A program made the position numbers and the translations under genes. Shown here piece by piece: positions 32,934 to 42,708 of a stretch of 61,297 nucleotides of DNA. The notes below the pieces were generated by a model. The model saw nothing but the letters and a program-made list of their open reading frames with translations. It did not search any database and was not told where the DNA came from. Numbering within the stretch: position 1 is the first letter of the stretch; each line of letters begins with the position of its first letter. This stretch comes from a virus (Duplodnaviria; Caudoviricetes): positions 1 to 61,297 of IMG/VR virus record IMGVR_UViG_3300033153_004916. One strand, 5' to 3'.

Positions 32934-34151
32934 ATGACAGGAATTTTTTTAGTTAAGAATGATACGGGTTCACCAATAGATTTAATAAATTGGGGAATTA
33001 GAATCAATCCCGCTGAAACGGTTGAGCTAAGCAATTATGATAAAGCAGTTTTGGATCCCGAAGTAGGAGGATATATTACCGCGGGCGATTTGATTCGCGT
33101 TGTTGAAGGAGAGGAGCAAAGTCCGGCCAACTCTAAAATTTTCTGGGCTGAAAACATGCATGCTGATGGGATGGAGTCCAAATATGGTTATACATATAGT
33201 CAAAGACCAGACGCGACTTATAAGAACCCAATTATATATCTAGGCGCTCCAGAAAATATTGTGTATGTTAGCGATAGCAGAGGTACTGATGGTCTTAACG
33301 ACGAGGGAACATATGCTTATCCTTTTAAAACTATACAACATGCTGTTAGTATATTACGCGGAACATCGAGAAGTGAGATGGCTATTATATTAGATACCGG
33401 CGAAGATTATTCGGCCGCTCCTAAGTTGCAGATTGGATGGTCTGGAGCTAATGGAAGCGGTAAGAAAGTATTTATATTCGCATACGATGGCCTCCACCAA
33501 GTTACAAAGATGGGCGACATCAAAGTTTCGTATGCTTGTGATTTATCTCTGATAAATGTGTCCGTTGGTATTGTTGAAGCAGATATGCAGTTCGGTCAGT
33601 TCGCAGAATCTATATGCACAGATGGTTGTTATATACGAGACAACACTTCGTCATTGGATTCGTTACTTAGCATATTTAGTATGAAGAATACATATGTTGA
33701 AACCGGCAAGACGTTACCTAGCTCCTGGCAGGGCGACTATTATGATTACGCCGTTGCAACTAAGCTCCTTGGTACACACTACCATAATTCAGTTTTGGAT
33801 ATGGAAGGAAAAAAGATAACCAGCATTGACGATGGAACAGCCTCTGATGATGTTATGGCATTCGGACAGAAGACTACTGAGCTAGAAGGAACGGTTATTC
33901 TCTCGACTGGCGAGACTGGGACCACTAAATATCTCCGTGAGGACGGGGATGGGACTTGTAGTTGGCAGACTCCTCCTAGTGGTGGAGGAATGAAAGCCGA
34001 TGTAACATTGACTGGAGCATCGCCCGTCTATGCGGACCTCACAGGGGCTGGATGGGTGAACGGCGACAGAGGAAATGGTATAGGTACTGGTGGAAAAATA
34101 TTCTTTATGAGTCGTTATAGTGATAGTCTAAAATATGTGGAGATGGGTTAA
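32934..34151 (+). CDS. Virion fibre/spike-like protein
   Basis: VYVSDSRGTD..GTYAYPFKTIQHA, LDMEGKKIT, YLREDGDG..W. Confidence 0.65.
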   Translation: MTGIFLVKNDTGSPIDLINWGIRINPAETVELSNYDKAVLDPEVGGYITAGDLIRVVEGEEQSPANSKIFWAENMHADGMESKYGYTYSQRPDATYKNPIIYLGAPENIVYVSDSRGTDGLNDEGTYAYPFKTIQHAVSILRGTSRSEMAIILDTGEDYSAAPKLQIGWSGANGSGKKVFIFAYDGLHQVTKMGDIKVSYACDLSLINVSVGIVEADMQFGQFAESICTDGCYIRDNTSSLDSLLSIFSMKNTYVETGKTLPSSWQGDYYDYAVATKLLGTHYHNSVLDMEGKKITSIDDGTASDDVMAFGQKTTELEGTVILSTGETGTTKYLREDGDGTCSWQTPPSGGGMKADVTLTGASPVYADLTGAGWVNGDRGNGIGTGGKIFFMSRYSDSLKYVEMG

Positions 34152-35104
34152 TGGGACACGACAACCTCCATTCTACTAATCATACAGATGGAACCGATGA
34201 TATACAGGATGCGAGTGGAAGCCTGAAAGGGCTGATTACGCCATCAGCCCAGACTCTTGGAGGAAAAAAGACATTCGCGGGTGAGGTAGTCTTGGCTAGT
34301 GGACAGACTATAAAAAGAACAGCCGTTGCAGATGCTAATCATACGGTATTGGTCTCAGAGTTTATAATTGCCTACACTTCATTGACTGCGGTTAGAACAG
34401 TAACCCTTCCAACCCCCGATGGTCAGCCAAGACTATTCATTGTTAAAGACGAATCTGGAGATGCCGATGCTTATCCTCTTATTATAAATCCTTTTGGAGC
34501 TACAACTATAGACGATTTATCCTTTGTTGAGATTACAGTACCCTATGGTTCGGTCTATATATATTCAGATGGAGTCAACTATTATACAAAGACCGAGAGA
34601 ACAGCGGGGCAGGTGAAGTGTAACACGGGGAATAGCTTGAAGCCTACAATAACAAATCCCTCCGTATATACACAACTTGTCTATGCGTCTCCTCTGGGCT
34701 TTTCGTCATATCCAACAAACAAGTGGCCTCAGAATATAGATGTTCCAGCGGATAGTGATTTCTACGACTTTGTTAATGACACCTTCATTGAGAACACAAT
34801 ATTGGGACAGATAAACAAATTGAGAATCATCGTTGATTATTCTGGGAAGCCAAGTAGCCAAGATGCTGGGCTGAGGATAAGATTGAGAAACACACTGAGT
34901 GGTTTCGTATTGGAGGATATCGCCGCACTTGACAAAGAGAGCACTTCTGGCTCCGTTGTATTCTCATTAACTACTATTGCTGATCAGGCGAGTCTTCCCT
35001 CACCAAAGGGAACTGGGCATGGATATGAGATACATTTTATATGCGATGAAAACATAACTCTGGTAGTAGATAGTGTTGTAAGAATCTCTGAGAAGGTGGA
35101 CTAA
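34151..35104 (+). CDS. Virion fibre-like protein
   Basis: QTLGGKKTF, VTLP..FIVKDESG..TID. Confidence 0.65.
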   Translation: MGHDNLHSTNHTDGTDDIQDASGSLKGLITPSAQTLGGKKTFAGEVVLASGQTIKRTAVADANHTVLVSEFIIAYTSLTAVRTVTLPTPDGQPRLFIVKDESGDADAYPLIINPFGATTIDDLSFVEITVPYGSVYIYSDGVNYYTKTERTAGQVKCNTGNSLKPTITNPSVYTQLVYASPLGFSSYPTNKWPQNIDVPADSDFYDFVNDTFIENTILGQINKLRIIVDYSGKPSSQDAGLRIRLRNTLSGFVLEDIAALDKESTSGSVVFSLTTIADQASLPSPKGTGHGYEIHFICDENITLVVDSVVRISEKVD

Positions 35105-35105
35105 T

Positions 35106-35774
35106 ATGGGACATGATCATTCACATTCACATGATGCTGCTGGTGGTTCTGGTGCTATTGCTACAGACCAAGTGTTTAAAGCAGGTGATGGAGGGGCAAC
35201 CAACTACGTTGAGATTGAACCGTCTACGGGAAGAACAATTCTTCATGGTACGGCAAGAATATATAAGCCTCTTCAGGCGTGGGCATATAATATGGCCGCA
35301 GATGCAGGAACCTTCAATGGTGTTGTATGTGCTGCCGCTGGGGCCGCCATATTATCGGACAAATGGTGGATGAAAACATTCGATAAAACCGCAGAAGAGG
35401 CTTGTCAGATAAATTTTGTATTGCCTGATGATTATGTTGTTGGAACCGATATAAAATTACATATCCATTGGACATCAATACAAACGTCTGGTGGTGTTGT
35501 TTTCCAGGCAGGCATATTAGCTGTAGGTGATGGAGAAGACCTTACACCGGATGGCGTTTATGCGAGTGTTACAGGAGTTGCACCAGCAACCGCATGGTAT
35601 CTGGTCGATAATGTCATAACATTAGATGGTTCTGGAGCATCCCCAGATGATGCAATAAGCATAGTGATCTATAGAGATACACTTGCTGGTGGCGATGATA
35701 TCAATGGCGATGTAAACATAATGCAAGTCAAAGTCAAATATATAGCAAACAAACTCGGAGGTGATGTATCATGA
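35106..35774 (+). CDS. Virion structural protein
   Basis: LPDDYVVGTDIKLHIHW, beta-sandwich-like. Confidence 0.65.
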   Translation: MGHDHSHSHDAAGGSGAIATDQVFKAGDGGATNYVEIEPSTGRTILHGTARIYKPLQAWAYNMAADAGTFNGVVCAAAGAAILSDKWWMKTFDKTAEEACQINFVLPDDYVVGTDIKLHIHWTSIQTSGGVVFQAGILAVGDGEDLTPDGVYASVTGVAPATAWYLVDNVITLDGSGASPDDAISIVIYRDTLAGGDDINGDVNIMQVKVKYIANKLGGDVS

Positions 35775-35965
35775 GTGCCGAAGATAAAATAAAAATCATA
35801 CCGTTCCAGGCAAAAGCTGGTCGCAAATCCGCATCATTGACAGAACTGACTGCGATTGCTATCTGGCCAGAGAAAGGCATACCATTCCAGAGTCCAGACG
35901 GAAAGATATGGATACTCTCGATTGACGACACAGGAAATGTTGTTATCGAAGAAATTACGGAGTGA
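35771..35965 (+). CDS. Small structural protein
   Basis: FQSPDGKIWILSIDDTG. Confidence 0.6.
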   Translation: MSAEDKIKIIPFQAKAGRKSASLTELTAIAIWPEKGIPFQSPDGKIWILSIDDTGNVVIEEITE

Positions 35966-35970
35966 TGATA

Positions 35971-36084
35971 ATGAATTGCCCCAAATGTGGCTCCAAACTA
36001 ATTCCCGATAGTCTCACTCCCGTTAGTGGACGCCAAAGACTCAAATGCGAAACTTGTAATATAGTGAGGTTGTTCGATGACTAG
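35971..36084 (+). CDS. 37-aa zinc-ribbon microprotein
   Basis: MNCPKCGS..KCETC. Confidence 0.55.
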   Translation: MNCPKCGSKLIPDSLTPVSGRQRLKCETCNIVRLFDD

Positions 36085-36955
36085 CGCCGACTACGATTTT
36101 TCGCTGGGTGACCCTGGGTGGATATCATATTATACGGGGTTCGTCACGAAAGTTTTATGGCGCGCGGCCCTAAGTCAGGCTGGCGGGACGCTACCGAGTG
36201 TGGCTGCCGTTGGCGATGATGATGTAGGATTTCCCGGAGAACTACACGTATCGAGATTAAGTACACCAATTCCCCGAGGACTGTATGTTTATCACACGGG
36301 TACGATTGCTCCTATATCATGGGATAGATACGGAATTAATACGGTAGAATGGACGAGCAGAATGACGTTTATCGACATAAATAACGGACAAACAGGAACT
36401 CCAAAAACCGGTATTTTATCTGGCGAATTAGCCAAAGCATCGACTAACCATTATACTATAAGGCCCAATCCGCCATTTGCGGATAGAAGATGCCCGTGGG
36501 ATTACATTCAAGCCATTTGTATATTTGACGACATTGGCATTTTTCTTGAGTTAGAGGCGGCAAGAAGTCCTTTGAGTTTGACTATGTCGGATTTTGGAGA
36601 AACGCGTTCGCCAGTTTCGCCTTCCAATCTTCTAGTAAGAAGCGGCGTTCCAAGTTCCGAAACACTTATCGATATTAATATCGAATGGGGAATCAGAGCG
36701 GTATCTCCCACCGCCGGTGAAGTTTTTCTCAAATGGTATAATATCGATTGGACGACAGTATTGGGTGAACTTAGTATCGATATTACCGATTTATGGATAG
36801 ACGTAGAAAAAGAAGGCGAAGGTCACAGACTTCAATATCTCGGTTTGGTTAGTAATGGTATAAATCCCGCAGGAACGCGCGGTTCTATATATGTAAGTTC
36901 GATAAATCGCAATGATAACGAGCCTACTCCGGGACCGTCATTTTATGGTTGGTGA
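36077..36955 (+). CDS. Hypothetical protein
   Basis: 292-aa ORF in the late operon. Confidence 0.7.
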   Translation: MTSADYDFSLGDPGWISYYTGFVTKVLWRAALSQAGGTLPSVAAVGDDDVGFPGELHVSRLSTPIPRGLYVYHTGTIAPISWDRYGINTVEWTSRMTFIDINNGQTGTPKTGILSGELAKASTNHYTIRPNPPFADRRCPWDYIQAICIFDDIGIFLELEAARSPLSLTMSDFGETRSPVSPSNLLVRSGVPSSETLIDINIEWGIRAVSPTAGEVFLKWYNIDWTTVLGELSIDITDLWIDVEKEGEGHRLQYLGLVSNGINPAGTRGSIYVSSINRNDNEPTPGPSFYGW

Positions 36956-37060
36956 AAATATGGACGAAAAAGATTTGGAATTGGATCGCGACGTTCTCGA
37001 TAAAGCTAATGAAAAACTCGACGCGATTCTTATCAAACAAAATACATAAATGGTGATTGT

Positions 37061-37420
37061 ATGAATGGTCTATCTGACAAACTTCGCGAATTTTTAATTA
37101 AAGAACCTATCATTCTTGAACGTATGAATGACAATATTGAAAAAATGACAGAGAAATGCGAATCGAATGAAAAATGTCAAATGGATTTAATTAGTGAAAT
37201 ACGCGAACGTGACCACAGATTAAATACTAAACAAGACGAAATACTCAAAGAGATTGCGTTGCTTAAACAAAATGAAGAATTCCAAACGGAACGAATAAAA
37301 TCACAGGGAGCATCTCAGAGTAAAAGTACCGGCAAAATTAAAGCCATGCTCTGGAAGATTCTTTTTTATGTTATGCTTATCGCTTCAACTCTCGGTATAG
37401 GCACGCAACTTATTTTATGA
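37061..37420 (+). CDS. Coiled-coil protein with C-terminal membrane anchor
   Basis: ILFYVMLIASTLGIGTQLIL; GGTGA SD. Confidence 0.65.
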   Translation: MNGLSDKLREFLIKEPIILERMNDNIEKMTEKCESNEKCQMDLISEIRERDHRLNTKQDEILKEIALLKQNEEFQTERIKSQGASQSKSTGKIKAMLWKILFYVMLIASTLGIGTQLIL

Positions 37421-37468
37421 TAACTTTAAATAGAACCTCCTCACCTAGTCTCATATGGGTGAATAAAT

Positions 37469-37642
37469 ATGAAATGCCCTATATGGATAAAGAATTTTAT
37501 AGCTCGGATCCTTAGACGAAAAGAAGTCCGGGAATTCATTGATGAGAAAATCGAAGACGCTATCGAAGCCAAAACTGGTGTAGAGGTCGATATTCCGACA
37601 GAATTTATTGCGGATAAGATAGCGGACAAGATTGACGAGTAG
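37469..37642 (+). CDS. 57-aa hypothetical protein (not in ORF track)
   Basis: MKCPIWIKNFIARILRRKEV..; GGTGA SD; TTTAAATA box upstream. Confidence 0.6.
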   Translation: MKCPIWIKNFIARILRRKEVREFIDEKIEDAIEAKTGVEVDIPTEFIADKIADKIDE

Positions 37643-37652
37643 GTGATGCATA

Positions 37653-38165
37653 ATGGCTATCACCGACTATGAACCAATTATCGCGAGAGTTCGCGCGTAT
37701 ACTGGATTTGATGTGCGTGATATTGCCGATGCAATTGTTCAAATATTTTTAGAGGACGCAGTTGGTATTGTCTATGAAAAGACCGAACACGAAATAGACG
37801 AAACCGATTCGCACGATGTATATGTTATTGTGCAATATGGTTGCGGCGCATCGACAAATTATGTTAATGGGCCAGAGGTTAAGAAACTCGAAGTTGCCGA
37901 TACAAAGATTACATTTGCTAGCGCTCCTGGTGGTATTGCGAGTAATCAGTTCCTTGAAAACTTCTGGGCTGAATTAATCGATATGGATGCAACTGGCGGT
38001 CTCGAAAAGAGTACGTGGGATCTTACGACATTTTATCCGGTTCCTTTGCACAAAGATCAGAAACGTTATCGGCGAATCGATGAAGAAAATGACACCGATG
38101 GGTGTAATACCGATTTATGTGATAGCGATTTAATATTCGAAGATGGTGACGGTCCAGATGTCTAA
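37653..38165 (+). CDS. Putative head-tail adaptor
   Basis: VRAYTG..IADAIVQIFLEDA..VKKLEVADTKITF; position. Confidence 0.6.
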   Translation: MAITDYEPIIARVRAYTGFDVRDIADAIVQIFLEDAVGIVYEKTEHEIDETDSHDVYVIVQYGCGASTNYVNGPEVKKLEVADTKITFASAPGGIASNQFLENFWAELIDMDATGGLEKSTWDLTTFYPVPLHKDQKRYRRIDEENDTDGCNTDLCDSDLIFEDGDGPDV

Positions 38166-39183
38166 ACGAATTGGGTTCCACAGAATGCTTCGCGGTTTTC
38201 GCGGAGCAGGCTTTACTGCTGATGCACGCGTACATGTAGATGCACTCGGCGAAACGCGGAACCAATTCGGAAGTATAGATTATTCGGCCGGCAATATTTT
38301 ACCCGATGTGACATTTGATGTTACTGGCGTTTTAATGTCTTATAGTCGGTATCTCAATTTGAACCCGAATGCGGATGGATATGATGCGTCACATGTTTTG
38401 TATGTTGAGCAAAATAATCGGTTTTTTGACTGTGACTATGTGATGTTTAAGCGGGCGGTCGAACTAACAATTAGTGAAGTAGCTTATGCTTATTGGGATG
38501 GATTCTTTGATACATTGGGTTCCGACACAGAGTGGACAAATCCTCAAAATGCTCTCGATGGAAATATAGCAACATACGCAGAAAATATTGTTTTAAATGT
38601 AGAATCCAGAGAACGCATAAGAGTAATATTTGATCCAATCCCTAGCGGATTAGCCGATAGTCTTGTATTAACTAGTGTTCGTATAGAAATACTTTATTCA
38701 TTAGAAACGGTTCCACCTACTGGAGGAGACTCGGAACTCGTGTTTTGGCCATATATAAATGGCGAACGGGGAGATCGATATATTCTTGCACGAGGAACAG
38801 AAACCACAGCGGAGATAGATATTACAAACGATTCTGAAGCACCTCCAATATGGACATATGCTGATGCAAAAACAATTATCGTCGAGTTTCAAAACGATTC
38901 GCATGATTCAGATTCGTCGAGTGCTCGACTTTATAAAGTAACTCTTATAACGGAAAGAGATGAAGCTATACCATGGACTACAGAAACATCTGGGCGGCCA
39001 ATATTTGATTATACGGCTACTTTATGTGATATGGAAATATTAGATACAGAGGATGGTTTGTATCGATATTATGCATCCGATGTTGACGCGGAACTCGATA
39101 TATTCGTCGACAAAATGGCGGTCAAAAATGTTGAAGAGGTCGATGAACATTATATGGCACTATTCTTAGGAGCGTGGTCTTGA
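38143..39183 (+). CDS. Putative head-closure protein with inserted domain
   Basis: Position in neck module; internal WTNPQNALDG beta domain. Confidence 0.45.
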   Translation: MVTVQMSKRIGFHRMLRGFRGAGFTADARVHVDALGETRNQFGSIDYSAGNILPDVTFDVTGVLMSYSRYLNLNPNADGYDASHVLYVEQNNRFFDCDYVMFKRAVELTISEVAYAYWDGFFDTLGSDTEWTNPQNALDGNIATYAENIVLNVESRERIRVIFDPIPSGLADSLVLTSVRIEILYSLETVPPTGGDSELVFWPYINGERGDRYILARGTETTAEIDITNDSEAPPIWTYADAKTIIVEFQNDSHDSDSSSARLYKVTLITERDEAIPWTTETSGRPIFDYTATLCDMEILDTEDGLYRYYASDVDAELDIFVDKMAVKNVEEVDEHYMALFLGAWS

Positions 39184-39632
39184 TGGCAACTGCTGACGTA
39201 CCCGATGCATACTTGGCCGTATATAATGAATTAGAGGCCGAGTTTGAAGCTATAGATTTGACTGTGTATCCTTATGCTACAGATTTGATATTTAAAGAGT
39301 TTCCATGTGCCGCACTTGGATTTGCGGGATATATAGGAGAAACTAATTATCATTACAATCAAATGCCCGGTGGCAAAGGTGAACGTATAGATTTCTCTAT
39401 TGGTGTGTCATTAAAAAGCAAAGACGAAGCAGTATGGAATGGCGTGAGTGGAATACAGGCACTTATTTATATTATCGAAACAGTGCGCGGAATTCTCAGA
39501 GCTATGAAATCAAAACGAGTAAATGTTGAAAAAATGGACATGCCAATCGATAGTGATATCTATTTTGACGCAACAAGTCAAACATATAGTTATAATTTTT
39601 TAGTTGAAGTGACCGTTCTGAGGTCAGACTGA
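39183..39632 (+). CDS. Putative tail terminator protein
   Basis: About 150 aa; VYP..FPC..SYNFLVEV; position. Confidence 0.5.
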   Translation: MATADVPDAYLAVYNELEAEFEAIDLTVYPYATDLIFKEFPCAALGFAGYIGETNYHYNQMPGGKGERIDFSIGVSLKSKDEAVWNGVSGIQALIYIIETVRGILRAMKSKRVNVEKMDMPIDSDIYFDATSQTYSYNFLVEVTVLRSD

Positions 39633-41146
39633 TGCCGACCTCTGAAATAGCAGGGCGAACATATAATATTCAGAATCTCGATGCGATGCGTCAGTTTACA
39701 GCGATGTCATCGCAAGGCGGATTCTCTGGTCAAGTTCAAAAAAGTATGCTTTCTATCATTTTTGGGTTTCTGAACGCAAAGGCGAAGCCAGCTCAGTATG
39801 CTAGTTTAGCATCAAAAATTAATGCTATCATTAAATTAAGCGCGGCGGCAAATGTCGATGTGTTCCTAAATCTTTTAAAATCTTCTGTGTCTCAGTATCC
39901 CACATTGCCACAACGGCCAATTGAGCCACATGATCCTCCTACACGATATTCGGAGATTGATCTCCCAACAAGTATGATTACAAGAAACAATCTTATTTAT
40001 GAGGTCAAAGATAAACGACACAATGCACAAGTATTTGGATATGAAATTGCCACATGGCGTGGCGGAAAAGGTAGTGCAACTAAACATGGTTCTGCGGCAT
40101 CGGTACGAACAGATAGCCAGAGAAATAAACGCGTAACTATGAGAAAAATGAGCGATGGTTCTGAAAAACCAAATACTTCTTATGGTAGAAATTGGTTTTC
40201 GACTCCGTCTAATGCTGCATACACGTATTTTTTATGGGCATTTGAATTCGGATGGGCTACTAAAGATACAGCTACTCGTGTTAAAAGAGATATGGATAAA
40301 CATCTTGGAAAGGGTAATCGTTCTAAATACAAATTTCCAGTTCCGGCATATACAAAATTACGTGGGGATTCTCCTGTCGGTGTAATGTTTGGTTCACAGA
40401 AACGGATTACTAGTCCCGCTAATAAAAATCGTCCAAGTTTTACGAGACCAGATTATTTAACTTCGGCAGATATTGGCACAGCTAGCAATCCACAATTTGG
40501 TATTATGAATTCTCTTATGATAGCACAATTAAGATTTAAAAACGATATCGAAAAGGGTATACAAAAAGAATTAATCAAAATGGGACAAGCAGATGCTGGT
40601 CAATTATCGCGAGCTATATCTGCTTTTGCACAAATGGCTCCTAGAATGACTAAAGGAGAATACGACTTTACATTTAGGCGTGGTGGAGATGTTTCGCCAG
40701 TTGCTGGGCTTCTTGGTAAAGATAGTGCTTTTGGACAATATGTCCGAACTGGTGGACCTGACGTTGTTATGTTAACAGCAAATATGCCAATGGGTGCAAC
40801 TGGTTTAAATGTCGATGTTATAGCATATTCGGCAGCAAACAATACTCCACATATGTATGAAATTAAACAGATATACGACCAGTCTATAACCCAGCCATAT
40901 AATTTGCAACAGGGAAAAGGTTGGCCAAAAGTTGGTCCTGGCGGCGCGCTTCCCGGCGCATTAACCACATCGCAATATAATGCTGCCGTTACTACACAAC
41001 ATCAGCGTTTTTCTTCTATTCAAAATCATGCTGTTAACTCTGGATATGGTATGCCAGTATTTGAAGGATTTTTCGTCGAAGGGACTAGCAAAATATCTCA
41101 GCAGCAAATTGGTATATATACAGAGACCATGTCGAAATTAAAATAG
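39632..41146 (+). CDS. Basic neck-region protein with possible C-terminal PD-(D/E)xK-like motif
   Basis: YFLWAFEFG (HK97 gp10-like); VDVIAY..MYEIK. Confidence 0.5.
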   Translation: MPTSEIAGRTYNIQNLDAMRQFTAMSSQGGFSGQVQKSMLSIIFGFLNAKAKPAQYASLASKINAIIKLSAAANVDVFLNLLKSSVSQYPTLPQRPIEPHDPPTRYSEIDLPTSMITRNNLIYEVKDKRHNAQVFGYEIATWRGGKGSATKHGSAASVRTDSQRNKRVTMRKMSDGSEKPNTSYGRNWFSTPSNAAYTYFLWAFEFGWATKDTATRVKRDMDKHLGKGNRSKYKFPVPAYTKLRGDSPVGVMFGSQKRITSPANKNRPSFTRPDYLTSADIGTASNPQFGIMNSLMIAQLRFKNDIEKGIQKELIKMGQADAGQLSRAISAFAQMAPRMTKGEYDFTFRRGGDVSPVAGLLGKDSAFGQYVRTGGPDVVMLTANMPMGATGLNVDVIAYSAANNTPHMYEIKQIYDQSITQPYNLQQGKGWPKVGPGGALPGALTTSQYNAAVTTQHQRFSSIQNHAVNSGYGMPVFEGFFVEGTSKISQQQIGIYTETMSKLK

Positions 41147-41155
41147 CAATGCGCA

Positions 41156-41167
41156 ACCTTTATATAA
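41156..41167 (+). promoter_or_regulatory. TATA promoter for the tail tube gene
   Basis: ACCTTTATATAA about 40 nt before ATG 41205. Confidence 0.55.
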
Positions 41168-41204
41168 TACGTCTATCACATATGCTGTTTCCGAGGAGAG
41201 ATCC

Positions 41205-42044
41205 ATGAGTAAAGCTCCAGTAGGAAATGAGACGGCCGTGTTTATGCGGAATGCATCTGATTATTATGGAATAGGTTTGAAAAATACAGGAGAACTTGTA
41301 GCACTTCGCCACGATGCGACAGATGCTGCGGATAGAGTTCTGTATTGGGATTTTTCCGATTTAGATGTAGTTGGTGTAGAGATAACTGATATTGATACCA
41401 TAATTGCTGTGATTTATCCACAGCTTGAAACACAGAAACTTTTAATGGCAAATATACTAGCTGCTGTCACAAGAACAATTACATTAGAAGCGTTCGAACC
41501 TGTCATACTCGATTCTGATATTGGAATTGCGGGCGAAAAAATGTCAACAGATAAAAGATATTACAGACGACACGACCGCCCAAGAATATTCTTCGATGAA
41601 TCTGTTACTGTAAACTGGACATGGAATCCTACCACATGGATGTTTAACTCATTATATTTCGGTGATATAAACAGAAACGATGCTCCCCATGGTGTCCAGG
41701 ATGGACTAGCAGATGATATAGCAGACGATGCAACATGGCGTCCAAGAATACGATGTTTCGAATTGAATGATCCTTTCAATGGTGAAAACCGTGGATATCG
41801 CGTTCGTGTTATTATGGGAAAAATGGGAACAAATTGGAGAATATCCGATATTCACGATTCCTGTTTCTCCTCTGTATCTGATACGCCAAATATGGATGAT
41901 TTATCGGATCAGAGTGTTGAACTATATGGCACAAAATTCAATTTCACATTTTTGAATGTTGAATATGTTGTTGGCGATTCTGATGGATTCCCAATTACTA
42001 CTGAGGTTTGGGGTTCAGATGTTGGATCCGCTCCAACTCCATAA
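41205..42044 (+). CDS. Putative major tail tube protein
   Basis: 279 aa, own promoter, precedes chaperone and tape measure genes. Confidence 0.6.
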   Translation: MSKAPVGNETAVFMRNASDYYGIGLKNTGELVALRHDATDAADRVLYWDFSDLDVVGVEITDIDTIIAVIYPQLETQKLLMANILAAVTRTITLEAFEPVILDSDIGIAGEKMSTDKRYYRRHDRPRIFFDESVTVNWTWNPTTWMFNSLYFGDINRNDAPHGVQDGLADDIADDATWRPRIRCFELNDPFNGENRGYRVRVIMGKMGTNWRISDIHDSCFSSVSDTPNMDDLSDQSVELYGTKFNFTFLNVEYVVGDSDGFPITTEVWGSDVGSAPTP

Positions 42045-42094
42045 TCATAATGTTTATATAGCTGCTGTTTCTTAACTAATAGTGGAGGCATATA

Positions 42095-42469
42095 ATGTCT
42101 GACGAATTAGAAACTAAAAGTGTATTGGATACCTTATTGGGTGACCTGGACCGCGCACGTTCGGTCCCTGTAGAATATTTAGGCGAAAAATATATTTTCG
42201 AGTATAAGATACTCGGAGAAGAAATGGAAGTTATCCAAGAAAAGTGGCTTGATTTTGATAATATACAAAAGTCAAGTCTTAAAGTGGAACGTAAAATTGT
42301 ATGGGCTATGCTTAAAAAGGCGAATCCAGAGGATTATATCGACAAGAAAAAGAAGAATTTTCCTCCCGATTTATTAGATTTGCTCAGCGCTAAGATTGCC
42401 GAAAAAGAAAAAATGACGGCAGAGGATTTTCAGATAGAGTCAAACGAGGAAATTGGGGAGACCCAATAA
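42095..42469 (+). CDS. Tail assembly chaperone (G-like)
   Basis: Position; ends near a G GAT TTT slippery site. Confidence 0.7.
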   Translation: MSDELETKSVLDTLLGDLDRARSVPVEYLGEKYIFEYKILGEEMEVIQEKWLDFDNIQKSSLKVERKIVWAMLKKANPEDYIDKKKKNFPPDLLDLLSAKIAEKEKMTAEDFQIESNEEIGETQ

Positions 42470-42708
42470 TCCAACTCATTTGGCTCGTCAAAGAAACAGG
42501 ATGGACGCTTGAGTATATTCGCAGTTTGACGCCTTTACAATATGTGGTTACCGTTCAGGGTATTGCTAAATACAATTCTCTCGTGAACGAAAAAATAAAA
42601 AATAATAAGAAGGGCGATTCAAATGGCAATGATGGGATCAATGGCTCGGGGAGCGGGTGGAACTACAGCGGGCCTTCGTACAGCGCTCGCAGTAACAGCA
42701 GTAGATAA
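42424..42708 (+). CDS. Tail assembly chaperone -1 frameshift extension (T-like)
   Basis: -1 frame open 42394-42708; LVKETGWTLEYIRSLTPLQY. Confidence 0.65.
   Translation, partial: GFSDRVKRGNWGDPIIQLIWLVKETGWTLEYIRSLTPLQYVVTVQGIAKYNSLVNEKIKNNKKGDSNGNDGINGSGSGWNYSGPSYSARSNSSR

Noticed and set aside
29271-41146. Genome-wide TAG reassignment
   Set aside because: Scaffold, decoration, capsid and the 39632 gene end in TAG at sensible boundaries, and the long genes have no internal TAG
39632-42044. Contractile tail sheath gene
   Set aside because: No sheath-like motifs or baseplate wedge genes recognised; organisation fits a non-contractile tail
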